A DNA stretch of 64,000 nucleotides from Bryobacterales bacterium (GTDB lineage Bacteria; Acidobacteriota; Terriglobia; Bryobacterales; UBA6623): NCBI GenBank assembly GCA_965204435.1, contig OZ241997.1, positions 2,926,160 to 2,990,159 on the forward strand, given 5' to 3'. Shown here in pieces: positions 28,144 through 37,432 of this stretch (positions are counted from its first letter, which is position 1; every line of letters starts with the position of its first letter). Position numbers and translations under genes: made by a program. The notes under the pieces are model-generated. The model had not been told where the DNA came from, searched no databases, and worked only from the letters and a program-made list of their open reading frames with translations.

Positions 28144-30495
28144 TCAGCCGCTGTCCGGCTTCGGCATGCGATAGCCGACCCGCGACTCGCTGAAGATGTA
28201 CTTCGGGCTGGCCGCGTCGTCGCCCAGCTTGCGCCGCAGCCGCCTCACGTAGGCATGCACCACCCGCGTGTCGCCCTTGTTCCGCGTCCGCCACACCCGC
28301 CGCAGCAGGTCTTGGTGCGTGACCACCCTCCCGCCGCGGGCCGCCAGTTCGCTGAGCAGGTCGAACTCGGTCGCCGTCAGATCCACCCGCTGCCCGGCCA
28401 GAGTCACTCGCCGCTCCTCGCGGTCGATGGCCAGATCGCTCGCCCGGTAGGGCGGCGTTGGCCCGCCCTGCTGCCGCAGCGCGGCCCGGACCCGCGCCAC
28501 GAGTTCCGTGTCGGAGAACGGTTTGACGATGTAGTCGGCCGCCCCTAGCTCCAGCGCCCTGGCGATCGTCTCGTCCCGGCCGTACGCCGACAGGAAGATG
28601 ACCGGCAGGTCGCCCAGCGCGGGCAGCCGCTGCAGCAGCTCGATGCCGTCGGTGCCCGGCAGCATCAGATCCAGCAGGACCAGGTCGGGCTCGCCCGTCT
28701 CCAGCAGGCCGGCCACCTCTTCCGGATCTCCAGTTGCCAGCGTGTCGTAGCCGGCCTCCTCTAGGATGCGCTGCAGGTACCCCAGCGCCTGCGGGTCGTC
28801 GTCCACGGCCAGCACGCGCACTCGTCCCGGCTCCCGAGGCCGCTGGCCGACGGGGCTCGCTGCGCCCGGTCCGGCCTCCTCGGCCAGCGGGATCGTGAAC
28901 GTGAAGCGAGCGCCGAGACCCTCCCCCTCGCTGTCGGCCCGGATGCGCCCCCCGTGGGCCTCCACCAGCCCCTTGCAGATCGCCAGCCCCAAGCCCGCAC
29001 CGCCCCCGTGCGGCCGGTCCTTTCCCACGTCGCGGGTGAACTTGCGAAACAGGTGCGGCAGCTGCTCGACCGGAACGCCCCGTCCCTCGTCGGTCACCGA
29101 GACCGCCACTTCGTCCGCCTCCCGTGCCACTGTCACTCGGATGGTGGCCGAGGCCGGGGAGTTGCGGGCCGCGTTCGTCAGCAGGTTCCCCAGCACCTGC
29201 GCGATGCGCTGCCGGTCCGCCAGCATCGGCGGCAAGTCCGCCGGCAGGTCGATCTGCAGCGGATTGGTTCTCCCCCCGCTCAGGAACACCTTCCGCGCCT
29301 GCTCCACCACCAGCCTGACGTCCGTCGGCTCGGGGGCCACCGACAGCGTGCCGGTCTCGATCCGCGCCGCGTCCAGCAGGTCGTCGATCAGGCTCCGCAT
29401 GTGTTCGGCCTGCTCGTCGACGATCTGGAAGAACAGCTCCGTCCGGGCCGGGTCCCGCGCCGCCCCGGCGGCCAGCGCAGTCGCCGCGCAGCCCTTGATC
29501 GAGACCAGCGGGCCCTGCAGCTCGTGGCTCACCATGCCGAGGAACTCTGCGCGCAGCCGCTCCAGCTCCTCCAGCGGGGTCATGTCCTGCAGGGTCACCA
29601 CCAGCGACTCGACCGCGCCGTCCTCCGCACGGATTGCCGTGGCGTTGATCAGCACGCTGACTTGCCGCCCGTCGGGCACCTCGAGCACGATTTCCTCGGC
29701 GCGCACCGTGACAGCCTCGCGCAGCCACTGCCGCAGCGGGAATTCATCCATCGCGATCTCCCGGCCGTCAGCCAGCCGCACGCGCAGCACTTGGAGCAGT
29801 TCCTCAGGCGAGCGCCCGGGCATGCGCAGGTCTCCCGCGATGCGCCGCGCTTCCGGGTTGGACGACACCAACTGCCCGCTCCGGGCATCGAACACGACCA
29901 CCCCGACGGGCGAGGTCTCGATCAGCGCCTCTAGGTCGGACCGGGCTCGCTGCTCGTCGCGGTGCTTGCGAGCGTTGGCGATTGCAGCTCCTGCCTGCGA
30001 GGCAAACAGCGTCAGGATCTCCTCGTCTTCGGTCGTGAATTCCTGTCCGGCTGCCTTGTCGGACATGTAGAAATTACCCAGGGGCACGCCCTGATGGCGG
30101 ATCGGGGCTCCTAGGAAGGTTCGTGCCAGCACGCGGAATTCCGGGAAGCCGTGGGCGCTGAGGTGAGCGGCTAGGTCCGGCAGGCGGATTGGCTCGGGGA
30201 TCTGGCGCAGGTGTTCCCACACCTCTGGCCCGCGGGGCAGTTCCAGAAGCGTTTGGCGCTCCCCGGGATCCACGCCGGACGTGACAATGTCCTGGAACTG
30301 TCCCGCCTGGTCCATGGTCGCGATCAAGCCGCTAGCCGCTCCAGTCAGCGTGCAAGCGCTTTCCACGACCTCTTGCAGGACAGTCTCGAGATCGAGACTC
30401 TCGCTGATGCGGAGGCTAGCCTCGCTCAGACGGGAGAGGCGCACTCGCAGCGCCCGGACCTCCCTTTTCAGCTCGTCGATCTCGCTCAATTCCAC
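28144..30495 (-). CDS. Soluble hybrid GAF-PAS-HK-REC-wHTH regulator, copy 2
   Basis: VSHELQGPL, NLLTNAARN, GAGLGL, AVDDD..LLDLMLP..KPF and LTATEFDLL..VGYRM. The likely start is GTG at 30495. Confidence 0.92.
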   Translation of the reverse strand: MELSEIDELKREVRALRVRLSRLSEASLRISESLDLETVLQEVVESACTLTGAASGLIATMDQAGQFQDIVTSGVDPGERQTLLELPRGPEVWEHLRQIPEPIRLPDLAAHLSAHGFPEFRVLARTFLGAPIRHQGVPLGNFYMSDKAAGQEFTTEDEEILTLFASQAGAAIANARKHRDEQRARSDLEALIETSPVGVVVFDARSGQLVSSNPEARRIAGDLRMPGRSPEELLQVLRVRLADGREIAMDEFPLRQWLREAVTVRAEEIVLEVPDGRQVSVLINATAIRAEDGAVESLVVTLQDMTPLEELERLRAEFLGMVSHELQGPLVSIKGCAATALAAGAARDPARTELFFQIVDEQAEHMRSLIDDLLDAARIETGTLSVAPEPTDVRLVVEQARKVFLSGGRTNPLQIDLPADLPPMLADRQRIAQVLGNLLTNAARNSPASATIRVTVAREADEVAVSVTDEGRGVPVEQLPHLFRKFTRDVGKDRPHGGGAGLGLAICKGLVEAHGGRIRADSEGEGLGARFTFTIPLAEEAGPGAASPVGQRPREPGRVRVLAVDDDPQALGYLQRILEEAGYDTLATGDPEEVAGLLETGEPDLVLLDLMLPGTDGIELLQRLPALGDLPVIFLSAYGRDETIARALELGAADYIVKPFSDTELVARVRAALRQQGGPTPPYRASDLAIDREERRVTLAGQRVDLTATEFDLLSELAARGGRVVTHQDLLRRVWRTRNKGDTRVVHAYVRRLRRKLGDDAASPKYIFSESRVGYRMPKPDSG

Positions 30496-30762
30496 ACCTC
30501 GTCGGGACCGCGGCGGCACCCTCGGCCGCCCGGCCATGCGCAGGCCGGACGTCGCGGTCGGATGCGAGACATGCCGGAAGCGGACGGAATGAATTTTGCC
30601 AGATTCAGGCCGAATTCATCAAGCTGTCAGAAATGCGGCAGCGGTCGGCTATAGGTGGCAACGGCGCTCACGATAGACTCTAATGCATCGAGCCTCTCGC
30701 AAAATCAGTCCGAACCAACCACGAGTCTCTTTGCTCAGTCAACATGACAAGATCACTCGCCG

Positions 30763-30906
30763 ATGATGCAGGCGCTGGTACAGCACACCCGAGAACCCTG
30801 GCTGGTGCTACACGTTGAACGCTGGATCAGGGCCAATACGGCGCTGCCGGACGGCAGGCGGGAAGCGCCAGAGAGACGGAGTCCGCAGGGAGGAGTTAGG
30901 ACTCCC
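30763..30906 (+). pseudogene. Relic of a second, different group II intron RT
   Basis: MMQALVQHTREPWLVLHVERWIRA..LPDG..SPQGGVRTP resembles the RT region just before and including PQGG. Confidence 0.65.
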
Positions 30907-31708
30907 TCTACGCAACAGGTGGTTTCGCACAGCGGGAGGCGGCGTGACCCTACGCGGGATGCCGTGCCCGAGTGGGCGGCGGCAAATACTTTGGCGTCAC
31001 GTCTAGTCGCTGGCCAGATACGCTTCCGATTCAGACGACGACGGTTGCAATCGACGCTTCGCAGCAGCGGTTCGGTCTGTGGCCACGGCAGCCGGCACTG
31101 ACGAGAGCCTCTCTCGCTTTGTGCGGGCCACAAACGAGTGACGCTTGGAAGGCCGATCGTTCCCCCTCGCGCGCTTTCATGGGTCTGAGGCTCGGCCCCT
31201 TAGGGCCTTGGGTGCAGAGTCTCGTCTCAGGGCACACCACCGGCGGACGAAAGTCCTTGACCCGGCCGCTCTGGGCGACGCTAGTCCTGTCTGGCTGTGG
31301 GGAGTGGGCGCTGCACTCAAAGCGTCCAGTGCATCAGTTGGTTCAACGAGCGGCAGGTCGGCGACCGCATGCCGAATGAGGACAACTGCCGAGGACAGCT
31401 CCTGCCTAGGCGGTAACTCAGTGCGGGGCGCACTGAAGCGGCCCGAGGCGATACCGAAACACCAAAATTCTCCCTGTGGCGAATAGTTTCATGTATTATT
31501 CACTAAACTAGCTTAGGAATCGTTTTTAATTCAGATCAAACTGTTATTATACGCAAAGATTCTTTGCAAAGTTCGCGCTTGGCGGATTCGTGGCCAGAAA
31601 CATCCGTAAGGGCGTACTTCAAGAGCCAAGCAATTTCGCACGAGCCTCGGTGCTCAGTTCTATACGCTGACCACCCACCCGATATTCTCCCCCATTGCAA
31701 GTTACGAG

Positions 31709-34700
31709 GTGATTAGCTTGAAGACCGTAACGTCGTTTCTCTTCCTTGGCATCCTAGCCATAGGCGTCACGCTTCCCAGCGTTGCGCAAGGCGGTGCCGC
31801 GCAGTACACTGTCTTGCTCGCCGATCCTCCCGTGGGCGAGCGGCTCACAACCGCCAATAACGCCGTCAAGTCGCTGTCCACGCGTCGACTCGCCGCACCA
31901 AGCGCGGATTACTTGCGACGGCAAGTGCGTCGGCGCCAAGCCCCGGTGGCAGAAGAAATCAAGGCGCTCGGCATAGACGTGCTTGGGTCGGCGCGAAATG
32001 TTGTCAACGCCCTGTTCGTCCGCTGTACCGAGGAGCAGGCCGCGGAGATTGAGCGCATCCCGGGTGTGCTGCGCGCCGTCCGGGCCAAGACTTACCGTCC
32101 GTTCCTCGACAAGGTTCCGGAGATTGTGGGCAGAAGCGCTGCCCTGCGACTCCCCGACGGGACCACCGTCACTGGCGACGGGATCAAGATCGGAATTCTC
32201 GATTCCGGCCTCGACTTTTCGCACGAGGCATTCCAAGAGTCCCCTTCCGATCCCACGCTTTCCGGCAACGGTGCGTTGCCAATGCTGGACGGCTATCCCA
32301 AAGGCGACCCGGAGCACCTGCTATTCGCTAACAGCAAGGTCGTCGCGGTGCGCAGCTTCGTGCACCTTCTGAACACGCGCGAAGCGGCAACTTCAACGCC
32401 GGACGACAACTCACCGTTGGACTGGCTCGGGCATGGCACGGCGGTCGCGATGGCGGCGGCGGGGAATCGGGTCCAATCGCCAGTTGGCCCATTGCAGGGA
32501 ATCGCCCCGGAAGCGCGCATCGGAGTCTACAAGATCATCGGCACTCCGGGAATCGCCGACGGCGCTTCCTCCAGCGCGATCATCGCAGCGATTGACGCTG
32601 CGGTTGAGGACGGCATGGACATCCTGAACCTGAGCATTGGCGACGAATCGGCATTCCCGTGGGACTGGGAAGGCGAGGATTGCGAGCACGAAGCCAGCCG
32701 GGAGTGCAATCCGGACGCCATCGCCCTGCGCAGGGCTGTGACCGATTTCGGACTTGTGGCGGTCGTCGCGGCCGGCAACTCGGGAACCAATGGATTGCAG
32801 AGCAGCCCGACATTCAACACCCTGTCGGGGCTTTCCAGCGTACCGGAGTCGATCGCGGTGGGTGCAACCCTGAATTCCCGTAGACTCGGTCGGGCCGTCC
32901 GCATCGCCGGCACCTCGTACGAAGCGGTCGCCGGTCCGGGGCCCCTGTCCGCCTCCGACATCGAAGCCACGGCGGTCCCGGCTTGGGCGTTCGATGACCC
33001 GACAGGATGCTCCCCGTATCCGGTTGGAGCGGTGGAGGGCCGGATTGCGGTGGTCGAGACTGGTCACTGCCCGGACGCGCTGCAGGTCGAAATCGCCGAC
33101 GCGGCTGGCGCGGTCGCATTGCTGTCTCTGAACTTCTACCAAGAAGGAGGCGATCCGGGCGCACCACTTCCGCTGGAGGGCTTGGAGGCCACCGACATTC
33201 CGGCTTTCGCGGCTGGACCCGACGCGGGATTCGCCTTCTTGAACGAATGGCAGGACGCGGATGCGGTGACGCTGAGTCTAGAAGTAGCACCCCTCGAGAC
33301 GGCGAGCGATCCCACGCAAGTTGCGGACTTCAGCTCGAGAGGGCCGACTCTCAGGCAATCGCTCAAGCCAGACGTTGTGGCACCGGGGGTCGTATACACG
33401 GCTACTCCGCTGGTCGGCTTCCAAGGCAACTCCTACCGCCCGAGCGGTTACTCCCAGACCGAAGGAACAAGCTTCTCGGCACCGATCGTCGCCGGCACGG
33501 CCGCACTGGTCTGGCAGGCTCGGCCTGAATTCTCCGCCCGCGAGGTTGCATCGGCATTGGTCAACACGGCGAACCCGAATGTGCTTGAAGGCGAGTCGCC
33601 GGCAACCGTGCTGTCTGTGGGGGCCGGGATGCTGGATGTCGACAGAGCGATCTGCTCCGTCACCACGTCCGTGCCGCCCAGCGTGAGCTTCGGCATCTCA
33701 GAAGAACAAGGCAGGCCAGATCCGCAACAGATCACCATCCGGAACAGGGCGAACGAACAACACACCTACCACGCAACGGTTGAGCGGGACCACACCGGCT
33801 GCGAGGCGTCCGTTACGCTGAACGGCTTGTCACAGGCTCAGTTTACGCTCGCTGCAGGGCAGTCCACGAGCATCTCTGTAGGCCTCGACTCGACGAGCTG
33901 CGGTCCCGGAACGTTCGAGGGAAGGATACGGGTTGCGAACGGTCAGTCAGATTTTGACATCGTCGTCCCGTATCTGTACTCGGTCGGAGACAATGTGCCG
34001 TTCAACTCGATCATCGTGGCGGGGGGCGTAGGACAGAGCCCGCCGGGCACCGCAGCCGCCGAATTCCTCGGCGCAAAGATCATAGACCGCTACGGATTGC
34101 CCGTCACCGGGCTTCCGGTCAGCTTCCGGGTCGCTGCGGGCGAAGGCACGGTCCGAAGGTCCGACGCAGTGACGTCCCAGTTCGGCACGGTCAGCGCCGA
34201 TGTGGAGTACGATCCGACGACGGCTGAACAGCAAGTCATACTCGAGGTCGGAGACCTTGAGATCCCCTTCGAATTCTATGTGGAGGGATCGGCACCGGCC
34301 GTCACGGCGCTCGGAACGGCGGGGCTGGCTGGCGTGCACGAAGCATTCGCGCCTGGCTCTATTCTCAATCTGTTCGGAACGGACCTTGGCGAATTCGAAG
34401 GCTCAATCCAGGCCGAGTGGGCTCCAGTGTCGTTGAAGGGCACCAGCGTCTCGTTTGACGTGCCCGGGCGAGGCACGAGCGTTGCGGGACGGCTGCTGTA
34501 CGTGAGCAACGACCGAATCGACTTACAGATTCCCTGGGAGTTGCAGGGTTCGGAGTCGGCACTCGTCAAGGTGAAGACGGGCTTCGTTGGCTCTCCGGTT
34601 TCCGTCGGGATCGCAGAGGTCTCGCCCGCTATTTTTCCGAGTCCGCTTGCGCCGATGCCGACGCCCGCGCAGTCCGAGCCCGCGATCGGCTGGTTCCTGC

Positions 34701-35023
34701 GCGGAGATGCGGAGACGATCACCGCTTCAAATCCTGCGCAGCCCGGAGAGACACTTGGCGTGGTCATGACCGGCAACGGACCGGTCGAAGACCCGACTAG
34801 CTCTGGCGAGGCCTTGATGGTCGTAAACTCCACTGTCCATACGCCGACCGTAACGGTCGGCGGACAGTCTGCTGATGTCACCTATTCCAGTCTGATCCCG
34901 GGAACGATCGGGGTCTACGCGGTCGGTTTCGTCGTACCGGAGACGGCTTCGGGCGGGCAAACGACCGTCCAGGTCCGGATCAACGGCGTCGATAGCAACC
35001 TCGTTGGGTTGCCGTTGCGATAG
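31709..35023 (+). CDS. Secreted S8 subtilisin-like peptidase with PA and Ig-like domains and a Solibacter-type (TIGR03437-like) C-terminus
   Basis: Catalytic triad ILDSG / GHGTAVA / GTSFSAP, FSSRGP and LKPDVVAPG. C-terminal APGSILNLFG, QIPWEL and ITASNPAQPGE. Confidence 0.92.
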   Translation: MISLKTVTSFLFLGILAIGVTLPSVAQGGAAQYTVLLADPPVGERLTTANNAVKSLSTRRLAAPSADYLRRQVRRRQAPVAEEIKALGIDVLGSARNVVNALFVRCTEEQAAEIERIPGVLRAVRAKTYRPFLDKVPEIVGRSAALRLPDGTTVTGDGIKIGILDSGLDFSHEAFQESPSDPTLSGNGALPMLDGYPKGDPEHLLFANSKVVAVRSFVHLLNTREAATSTPDDNSPLDWLGHGTAVAMAAAGNRVQSPVGPLQGIAPEARIGVYKIIGTPGIADGASSSAIIAAIDAAVEDGMDILNLSIGDESAFPWDWEGEDCEHEASRECNPDAIALRRAVTDFGLVAVVAAGNSGTNGLQSSPTFNTLSGLSSVPESIAVGATLNSRRLGRAVRIAGTSYEAVAGPGPLSASDIEATAVPAWAFDDPTGCSPYPVGAVEGRIAVVETGHCPDALQVEIADAAGAVALLSLNFYQEGGDPGAPLPLEGLEATDIPAFAAGPDAGFAFLNEWQDADAVTLSLEVAPLETASDPTQVADFSSRGPTLRQSLKPDVVAPGVVYTATPLVGFQGNSYRPSGYSQTEGTSFSAPIVAGTAALVWQARPEFSAREVASALVNTANPNVLEGESPATVLSVGAGMLDVDRAICSVTTSVPPSVSFGISEEQGRPDPQQITIRNRANEQHTYHATVERDHTGCEASVTLNGLSQAQFTLAAGQSTSISVGLDSTSCGPGTFEGRIRVANGQSDFDIVVPYLYSVGDNVPFNSIIVAGGVGQSPPGTAAAEFLGAKIIDRYGLPVTGLPVSFRVAAGEGTVRRSDAVTSQFGTVSADVEYDPTTAEQQVILEVGDLEIPFEFYVEGSAPAVTALGTAGLAGVHEAFAPGSILNLFGTDLGEFEGSIQAEWAPVSLKGTSVSFDVPGRGTSVAGRLLYVSNDRIDLQIPWELQGSESALVKVKTGFVGSPVSVGIAEVSPAIFPSPLAPMPTPAQSEPAIGWFLRGDAETITASNPAQPGETLGVVMTGNGPVEDPTSSGEALMVVNSTVHTPTVTVGGQSADVTYSSLIPGTIGVYAVGFVVPETASGGQTTVQVRINGVDSNLVGLPLR

Positions 35024-36137
35024 GCCTGTGGAGCGTTTCGGCAAGCGATGCGGTAGAGCAGCCCAGTTCGCGGCACGGGCTGCAGTACTGCCCGGACCTA
35101 GATGCACGCTTTGGCCACGCCAGCGACTCGACCGATTAGCCGGGCGGTCAGCGCAAGGCTTGGGGGCGGGTCAACGGCAAAGAAGGCAGCGAGGCGTACC
35201 GAGTGCTGCGGGCGCTGGGTCTGAAGCTGGAAGCGCCGCGAGCGCCGGAAGTCGGCGATAGCACGATCCACTGAAGCGGGATGAGAATAGGTCGAAACCA
35301 TGTCCGAAGGAGCGATTTTCAACCTGTCCAAACCCGGTGCCTGAAAGGAAAAGAGTGGCACGATCTGCGAAATGCTTAACAGGTGCGGCATCGTGTATGA
35401 GAAGGAGTAATTTCGTCGTGTCTCGCGCCCTAGCACCCCATTCCTGAGCCGCCAGACGGCCATTGGTACATCAGAAACGATTACACGCAAAGGGATTTCG
35501 GACCGTTGGCGCTCAGGATGACCTGCGCCCGCAGATCCGCTCACGAGGACTCCATTCGCTGGCATTTGCTAGCCGCCCCGCTTCAGATACGGTGGAGGCC
35601 AGTCTTCAGGCGCAGAGTGCACGGAAACTATGAATTTCGGGGGTGACATCGAGAAGCCGATCACAGGGTCCAGCACGCTCTCGGAACCGACCGCCCGGCC
35701 TTCTGACTCCCATTTCTTGACGTACGTGGAGAACTCCCCTTGAGTCATCTCCTCCCCATGTTGTCGGGATCGTTCAAGCAGATTTCAATCACAGCGGTGC
35801 CGTATCTCATCCAGAAAGAGAGCTGAGCGAATCCGCAGTTCCCGGACTCAGGGCGGTGTGCCTGCGCGGTCCGCCACCGCCAAGGAAGTGGGAGGAAAAG
35901 CCACGCGGAGCCGAACATTGCACCGTTGCCGGTCAGCCGATGCCGGAGGCGCCACTGCTCTTGAGACTCTCGACAGCCCCGGATTCATCCAGACAGAAGT
36001 TCTCGACTCAGCAAGCAGACGCTGAGGGAAAAGCCGCCTCCAGCGCTTGACTCTGTCGCCGTTCTTCAGCCTGCCAACCGATCCGCCCGGACTCGCGGCT
36101 AGGCCAATGATGCTCGCAGCCCCGCTCACCTCACGCG

Positions 36138-36233
36138 CTACAGTTTCCCCTCGTCTACCGCCCTAAAGTAACCAAGCTCGACCGGCAGATACCACGGCTT
36201 GAGATAGCAATAGGTGGGCGGCAAGGGGTTGAT
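36138..36233 (-). pseudogene. Diverged duplicate of the 3' end of the coupling-protein gene
   Basis: NPLPPTYCYLKPWYLPVELGYFRAVDEGKL* versus NPLPPTYCYLKPRYLPVELGYFEALDEGKL* at 37433-37525. Confidence 0.88.
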
Positions 36234-36509
36234 CCCCAGCACGGACCGCTGCAAGTCCCCATTCGCCATCACCGCCAAATGGCCCGGCCCAAGGCGGAGT
36301 TCACACCGCTGGCGCTCGGTGAAAGCAGACACTGGGTTCAACGCCGTTGAGCAGCGCCGCCCCTTTGCGGGGTACGATTGCCTGTCCGCGCTGGCTCCGC
36401 AGCCCCGCCTCGATCCCGATTGACGGCAGCGGCCCGCGTTAGGATCTCGGCCTGCATGGAAGCCTGTTAAACTACGCTTGGCAGAAGCGGAAGCACCGCG
36501 GACACAGAC

Positions 36510-37361
36510 ATGGCCGGCACCAAAGCACCAGCCACTGCACCGCCCCCGGCAGCCGTCGATTACCCGTTCTCGGACGGCAAGATCATGGCCGAGCTGCCGC
36601 AGCACGTCGACGCAATCCTGTATGCGCTGGCGACGCTGCGGACTTGGTTCGCGCGATACGATCGCGTTCAGGTGGGGGCGAACATGTTCCTCTACTACCA
36701 AGAGGGCGACAACACCAAGCGGGTCACGCCGGACCTGTTCGTGGCACGGGGACTGGAGGCGATGCCGGAGCGTTCCTACAAGCTCTGGGAAGCTGGCCGA
36801 CCGCCGACGTTCGTGTTAGAGGTGGCCTCGCCCGGAACCGAGGATCGCGACCGCGGGGCGAAGCAGGCCTTGTACGCCTCGATCGGAGTGGAGGAGTATT
36901 GGCGGTTTCACCCTACCGGGTCGCTGAAAGGGGCCAAGCGGGCAGGGGCGCGCCTGGAGGGGGGAGCGTTGCGGGGATTGGGATACAAGCCGCTGAGGAC
37001 GAGGCCGGACGGATCGATCCGCAGCGAAGTCCTAGGCTTGGACGTGCGGGTGGACGAGCGGCCGGGCAGTTCTCATCTGCTGCGGTTCCGGGATCCCGCG
37101 ACAGGGCAGGACCTGCTGACGTTCGAAGAGTCGGAGCGTGGGCGAGAAGCAGCGGAGCGCGGGCGACAGGCTGCAGAGCGTGAGCGGCAGGAGGCAGAAC
37201 GCGGGCGGCAGGAGGCAGAACGCGCGCGGCGCGACGCAGAACGGGCGCATCGTGCGGAGACTTCGGCAAGGCAGGACGCCGAGGCGGAAGTCGCCCGGTT
37301 GCGCGCGCAGCTTGCCAGAATCGAGAGCCGCCAAGCGGGCGGAACAAACGGCGAGTCCTGA
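36510..37361 (+). CDS. Uma2-family PD-(D/E)xK endonuclease with a coiled-coil tail, copy 1
   Basis: YPFSDGKIMAE, TPDLFV, FVLEVASP, KQALYASIGVEEYWRF, and heptad repeats AERGRQE. Confidence 0.9.
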   Translation: MAGTKAPATAPPPAAVDYPFSDGKIMAELPQHVDAILYALATLRTWFARYDRVQVGANMFLYYQEGDNTKRVTPDLFVARGLEAMPERSYKLWEAGRPPTFVLEVASPGTEDRDRGAKQALYASIGVEEYWRFHPTGSLKGAKRAGARLEGGALRGLGYKPLRTRPDGSIRSEVLGLDVRVDERPGSSHLLRFRDPATGQDLLTFEESERGREAAERGRQAAERERQEAERGRQEAERARRDAERAHRAETSARQDAEAEVARLRAQLARIESRQAGGTNGES

Positions 37362-37432
37362 GGGCTCCTGCTATCGAATGGCGATCAGTCCTTCGGCGAA
37401 TCCAGCCGCCCGCTGACGCGGCCCATCTCGCT

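Noticed and set aside
28010-29728. Long alternative-frame and antisense ORFs (for example 28010-29728, 10893-12215, 44842-46233, 59533-61191)
   Set aside because: These are shadow ORFs of GC-rich genes, with low-complexity Arg/Gly/Ala composition and no motifs.
35050-35092. tRNA-like start (GCGGTAGAGCAGCCC)
   Set aside because: No T-arm or acceptor stem; it is better explained as a hairpin after the S8 gene.
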